The translations under genes and the position numbers were made by a program. Under the pieces are notes generated by a model. It was not told where the DNA came from. It worked only from the letters and a program-made list of their open reading frames with translations, and did no database searches. 32,000 nucleotides of DNA from Promethearchaeota archaeon. GTDB taxonomy: Archaea > Asgardarchaeota > Lokiarchaeia > Sigyniarchaeales > Promethearchaeaceae. Positions 28,576 to 32,000 of the stretch are shown piece after piece; within the stretch, counting starts at the first letter, position 1, and the number at the start of each line of letters is the position of its first letter. The stretch covers positions 750,001 through 782,000 of the forward strand of contig JAFGBS010000009.1 of assembly GCA_016933055.1 (NCBI GenBank), read 5' to 3'.

Positions 28576-29289
28576 TTAATTTTTACTTGGTCTAAATCCC
28601 AGAAATATTAAAATATATGCAGCCAACATTAATGCTCGTGCTGGAGCGATCATGAATGGATATATTTCTGACAAAAGGGCGTCAAGAGCTCCACTTATTC
28701 CAAAAAAAATCCATCCAATTCCAAGAGCTATCGCTTTTTTGAATTCTGCCGTACCTTTAATTTTCCGAGAAAGAATAAAGAATCCTCCTCCGAGTACAGC
28801 CACTGAACCTAAAATATAGAAAGCATTTATTACTAATAATACGCCGATAAACGATATATCCATTAGTTGTTCTGTAAACTCCGGGTCAACAGGCTCTAGA
28901 GTATATATAAAACTCATGTCAGGAAATATGTAAAAAAAGATCCAAAAGAGAATTGCAATCGGAATAAATATCCACAGAATTTTGAATCGCCATTCGGTTT
29001 TAAAGATATTGAATCCCAAAATCATTGCAAAAATCATCGCTAATGGTGTGGATGTGTAACTCAGGTACGCGTAGACATTTCCTAAAATATTCTTTCCAAA
29101 TAACAGAAATCCAAATGAAGTAGCAGGACCCAAGTAGAATGATCCCAGTGTGATCATTAAGAGTCCAACAAGAGGGAGAAGACCTTTTTTCGTTTTCATA
29201 TATTTTATTAAGAAATAGAATCCTGCAGAAAATCCAAATAGAACGTTGATCACTGCCGTAATACCATTAAAATAATCATAGAAATTCAT
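28576..29289 (-). CDS. Hypothetical membrane protein with about 7 TM helices
   Basis: 237 aa that are almost entirely TM segments. A GGAGGT Shine-Dalgarno-like site lies at 29296-29301. Confidence 0.78.
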   Translation of the reverse strand: MNFYDYFNGITAVINVLFGFSAGFYFLIKYMKTKKGLLPLVGLLMITLGSFYLGPATSFGFLLFGKNILGNVYAYLSYTSTPLAMIFAMILGFNIFKTEWRFKILWIFIPIAILFWIFFYIFPDMSFIYTLEPVDPEFTEQLMDISFIGVLLVINAFYILGSVAVLGGGFFILSRKIKGTAEFKKAIALGIGWIFFGISGALDALLSEIYPFMIAPARALMLAAYILIFLGFRPSKN

Positions 29290-29430
29290 GATGTAACCTC
29301 CTTACTCTGACATAAAAATGCTCATTTTATTGCTAAATAAATTGAGTAATACCTAGATAATCTAATTTTATCACACTTCCAAAGTAGGTAATTTATATAG
29401 GAGCTTGACGCTAATTTAGGTGGAGAGTGT

Positions 29431-29799
29431 GTGGATATGTTAACACAAAAACAAGTCAAGAAATCACTTGGATTGGAAGTTAGGGAACTAACTGAGGAAG
29501 AATTAAACATAATTACTGATAGTATGAATGATTTGATAGAAATAGTGATAAGGAATGTAAAAACATTTCCTGAGGGTAAACGTGCGATCCCTATCAAAGA
29601 TCTTAACGAATTCGTAACAATGATTTTTCGAAACATGAGGAATATACCGCAAGGGTTTAGAAGAAAAACTGTTAATCGGTTAAACCGAATAAACAAATTA
29701 ATAGTACATAATCTTGTCACAAACTTCACATTTCTAAAACGTTTCATCGAGGATCCAGCAATTGCGATTCGAGAATTTCATTTAAAAGAAATAGAATAA
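29431..29799 (+). CDS. Hypothetical helical protein, 122 aa
   Basis: Charged, amphipathic, protein-like composition with a GTG start. The antisense 141-aa ORF looks like its shadow. Confidence 0.6.
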   Translation: MDMLTQKQVKKSLGLEVRELTEEELNIITDSMNDLIEIVIRNVKTFPEGKRAIPIKDLNEFVTMIFRNMRNIPQGFRRKTVNRLNRINKLIVHNLVTNFTFLKRFIEDPAIAIREFHLKEIE

Positions 29800-29991
29800 A
29801 ATAACCAATCCAATTCCAATTCTTTTTTACAAATTAACATCTATTTTACACTTTCAAGCGAGTAGGTAAACGTTTTAACTTATAATATCATAAAACAGCG
29901 TGATATGTATAAATCGGAATCAGAATGTGATCTTACATTAGGATGAATAGATAACATGATTGGTAACACATCTTGGTTCGTTTAAATTCCC

Positions 29992-30382
29992 CGATCAGAT
30001 GTAGAATAGATCGATCCTTGGTGCGGGTTCTTGGGAGGGTAAGCGTTTTAAAACTAAAGCCGAATGCGTAGCATGAAGCATGTATATGTTGATTTTTCAC
30101 CAAATTGACCGCACTTCGTACTATATACCCTCTATTCACCTAAATGTAAAATTTTTGAATATCACAGCATAGAATTTAACAAATTAAACCTATATGAGGT
30201 GATACCCAAAAAGCTTACCTATATGTCAGGATGGGTAGATAAACCCTATATAGTTCAAACCTATATCTATTGTACATTCATAAGTTTAAAATATCAAATT
30301 TCATTAGACTCATGCTACGCATTCACCTTTATATTTACCCTCGAACCCGAAGCAAGAACATTCATCTATCTTCATTTGATCG
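29992..30382. repeat. Degenerate inverted repeat with 136-bp arms (29992-30127 and 30247-30382)
   Basis: Five colinear blocks match in inverted orientation, including an exact 15-mer: GAATGCGTAGCATGA at 30062-30076 and TCATGCTACGCATTC at 30310-30324. Confidence 0.8.
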
Positions 30383-30550
30383 AGAACTGCATCGCTGAAT
30401 TTATTCTGGTTTATTCGTTCCATGCTGCTTTACGATAGTCTTAATTTTACTGGTCGTTATTTACAATCTATTGGATTGTAAAAATGTCGATGACTAAAGT
30501 CATACAAACGAATCAATTTCTTTTTTTAGGGATGCCTCTAATTCAGAACC

Positions 30551-31153
30551 ATGGATGTCTTAATTGTTCGGCACACCAAGGTAAATTCCCCCATTGATGT
30601 TTTATATGGATCTCATGATGTCGAATTAGCTCCCTCATTTCTGGAGGAAGCAAAAGAAGTGAAACAGCGACTTTATCATTGGTTTCCCTTTGATATAGTA
30701 TATTCATCCCCCCTTACACGTGCATTAAAATTAGCCAAATACCTTCAAGGAGATAATGTTATCATTGATGATAGATTGAGGGAAATAAATTTTGGACCGG
30801 AATGGGAAATGAAAAAATGGGCGGATCTCCCCGATTTTACTGATTGGTTTCTTAACCAAGCGGTTCCTCCGAATGGAGAATCCTATGTGGACCTATCCAA
30901 TCGAATTAAACAATTTTACGATGAATTATTTGAACAACGACCAGGAGAGAAGATTCTTATCACAGCCCATGCTGGAGTAATTCGTTGCACTATCTCATTA
31001 TATACAGGTGTTCCGTTGCGAAATATGTTTTACTTCCACGTAAAATATGGCGGCGCTCTTCATCTCAAATTGGAGGAATATCCTGAACAATATTATCGAG
31101 AACTTCCTTCAATTTTATTACCCAAAATAAGTGTTCACGGTTTTAATTTATAA
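30551..31153 (+). CDS. Histidine phosphatase, alpha-ribazole phosphatase (CobC)-like
   Basis: VRHT, YGSHDV, YSSPLTRA, DDRLREINFG.EWE, PPNGES and TAHAGVIR. Substrate is not provable from motifs. Confidence 0.8.
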   Translation: MDVLIVRHTKVNSPIDVLYGSHDVELAPSFLEEAKEVKQRLYHWFPFDIVYSSPLTRALKLAKYLQGDNVIIDDRLREINFGPEWEMKKWADLPDFTDWFLNQAVPPNGESYVDLSNRIKQFYDELFEQRPGEKILITAHAGVIRCTISLYTGVPLRNMFYFHVKYGGALHLKLEEYPEQYYRELPSILLPKISVHGFNL

Positions 31154-31175
31154 CTTTCATTATATTTAGATCTCT

Positions 31176-32000
31176 ATGAAAGAATATTTGGGTACATCAT
31201 TCCATACTAATGATTTTGGATTTATTTCGAAATTACAGAAACAATTGGAAACCGAAATCCCTGTTCTCCCTCCCGAATCCATAAAAAAATTCGGATTCAA
31301 ATATTGTAATGGCCGTATTACTCACCTTTATCTTAGTAATAAGCAACTTGAAACCATCCCAAATTCATTAGCTAATTTAACAAATCTGAAATTGTTACAT
31401 ATTCATCGAAACCATTTAGAAATTATACCCAAGTCTGTTTTGAATTTATCTAATTTAGAAGAACTTTCAATTGGGAGTAATCCCCTAAAAGAGATTCCGG
31501 ACTGGATCGGATCTTTAACTTCGCTAAAAAAATTGTACCTATTTGGATTAGAACTAAACAAATTTCCATTATTTCTTAAAGGTTTACCATTATGCCGTTT
31601 AGCATTATATAATAACCGAATTACCAAGATTCCCAACTGGATAAATACTTTGAGTTATTTGGAGGATTTGACAATTGGTAACAACAAGATAACCAAGATA
31701 CCCGAGGAACTATGCCAGCTCTCATATTTGAAAGAATTTTCAGCCTTTGGTAATACGATAACTTCGATCCCTGAATGTTTAAGTGGCTTGAAACAGCTAG
31801 AAGAACTAATTTTACATGAAAATGAAATAGTTGAACTACCTAAATCGATATCTAAACTCAAAAACTTATCGATTCTGTCATTATATGGAAATAATTTGTG
31901 CGATCTACCAGATACAGTAGTTGAATTAAAATCTTTACGAACTATCTGGCTTCATAAAAATCCGAACCTAAAATTAACTGTAGAAATCAAGTCTTGGTTA
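31176..32000 (+). CDS. Leucine-rich repeat protein, truncated by the window end and absent from the ORF track
   Basis: ATG at 31176 opens 275 codons without a stop (MKEYLGTSF...). About 10 repeats of 22-23 aa follow the consensus LxxLxLxxNxLxxIPxxIxxLxx, e.g. LEELSIGSNPLKEIPDWIGSLTS. Confidence 0.92.
   Translation, partial: MKEYLGTSFHTNDFGFISKLQKQLETEIPVLPPESIKKFGFKYCNGRITHLYLSNKQLETIPNSLANLTNLKLLHIHRNHLEIIPKSVLNLSNLEELSIGSNPLKEIPDWIGSLTSLKKLYLFGLELNKFPLFLKGLPLCRLALYNNRITKIPNWINTLSYLEDLTIGNNKITKIPEELCQLSYLKEFSAFGNTITSIPECLSGLKQLEELILHENEIVELPKSISKLKNLSILSLYGNNLCDLPDTVVELKSLRTIWLHKNPNLKLTVEIKSWL

Noticed and set aside
29800-30550. Cobalamin riboswitch upstream of the cobC-like gene
   Set aside because: No B12-box or GGGAA/CCCG core consensus was found on the plus strand.
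540-31861. Many short ORF-track entries overlapping longer genes (e.g. 1636-1911, 4168-4398, 8883-9482, 18721-19065, 29322-29747, 31403-31636, 31655-31861)
   Set aside because: These are antisense or alternate-frame shadows of well-supported genes and have no motifs. ORFs 16949-17140, 16968-17174 and 24719-25087 run across tRNA sequences.
1-32000. CRISPR array, transposase, integrase, rRNA, RNase P or SRP RNA
   Set aside because: No regularly spaced repeats, catalytic motifs or diagnostic RNA signatures were seen.

Overview
AT-rich archaeal DNA, most consistent with an Asgard (Lokiarchaeia-like) genome. This assignment is inferred from an archaeal tRNA with a BHB-type intron, a tetraether lipid synthase homolog, an Arf/Rag-like small GTPase fused to a roadblock/longin-like domain, a UPF0282 protein and a 23-residue LRR protein. 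The window is mostly chromosomal metabolism: a nickel-pincer (larE-like/larC/NikR-like) locus interrupted by a class III aminotransferase, thpR, a PfkB kinase plus GH36 alpha-galactosidase, a Tes/GDGT-MAS radical SAM enzyme, a BNR sialidase-like protein, a sulfatase, divergent fadH/thiolase, a LigB-like protein, SDR, MFS, GH4, a 7TM protein, a CobC-like phosphatase and an LRR gene cut by the right edge. I found no transposase, integrase, CRISPR array or rRNA. The least explained signals are non-coding: (1) tRNA-Leu(UAA) with a 55-nt D-loop intron; (2) a tRNA-shaped element with good acceptor, D and T arms but a 6- or 8-nt anticodon loop; (3) two diverged 136-bp inverted copies of an element flanking repeated CCTATAT motifs upstream of the cobC-like gene; (4) a GC-elevated, palindrome-rich intergenic segment beside tes. 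All family calls come from motif reading and recall, not from database searches.
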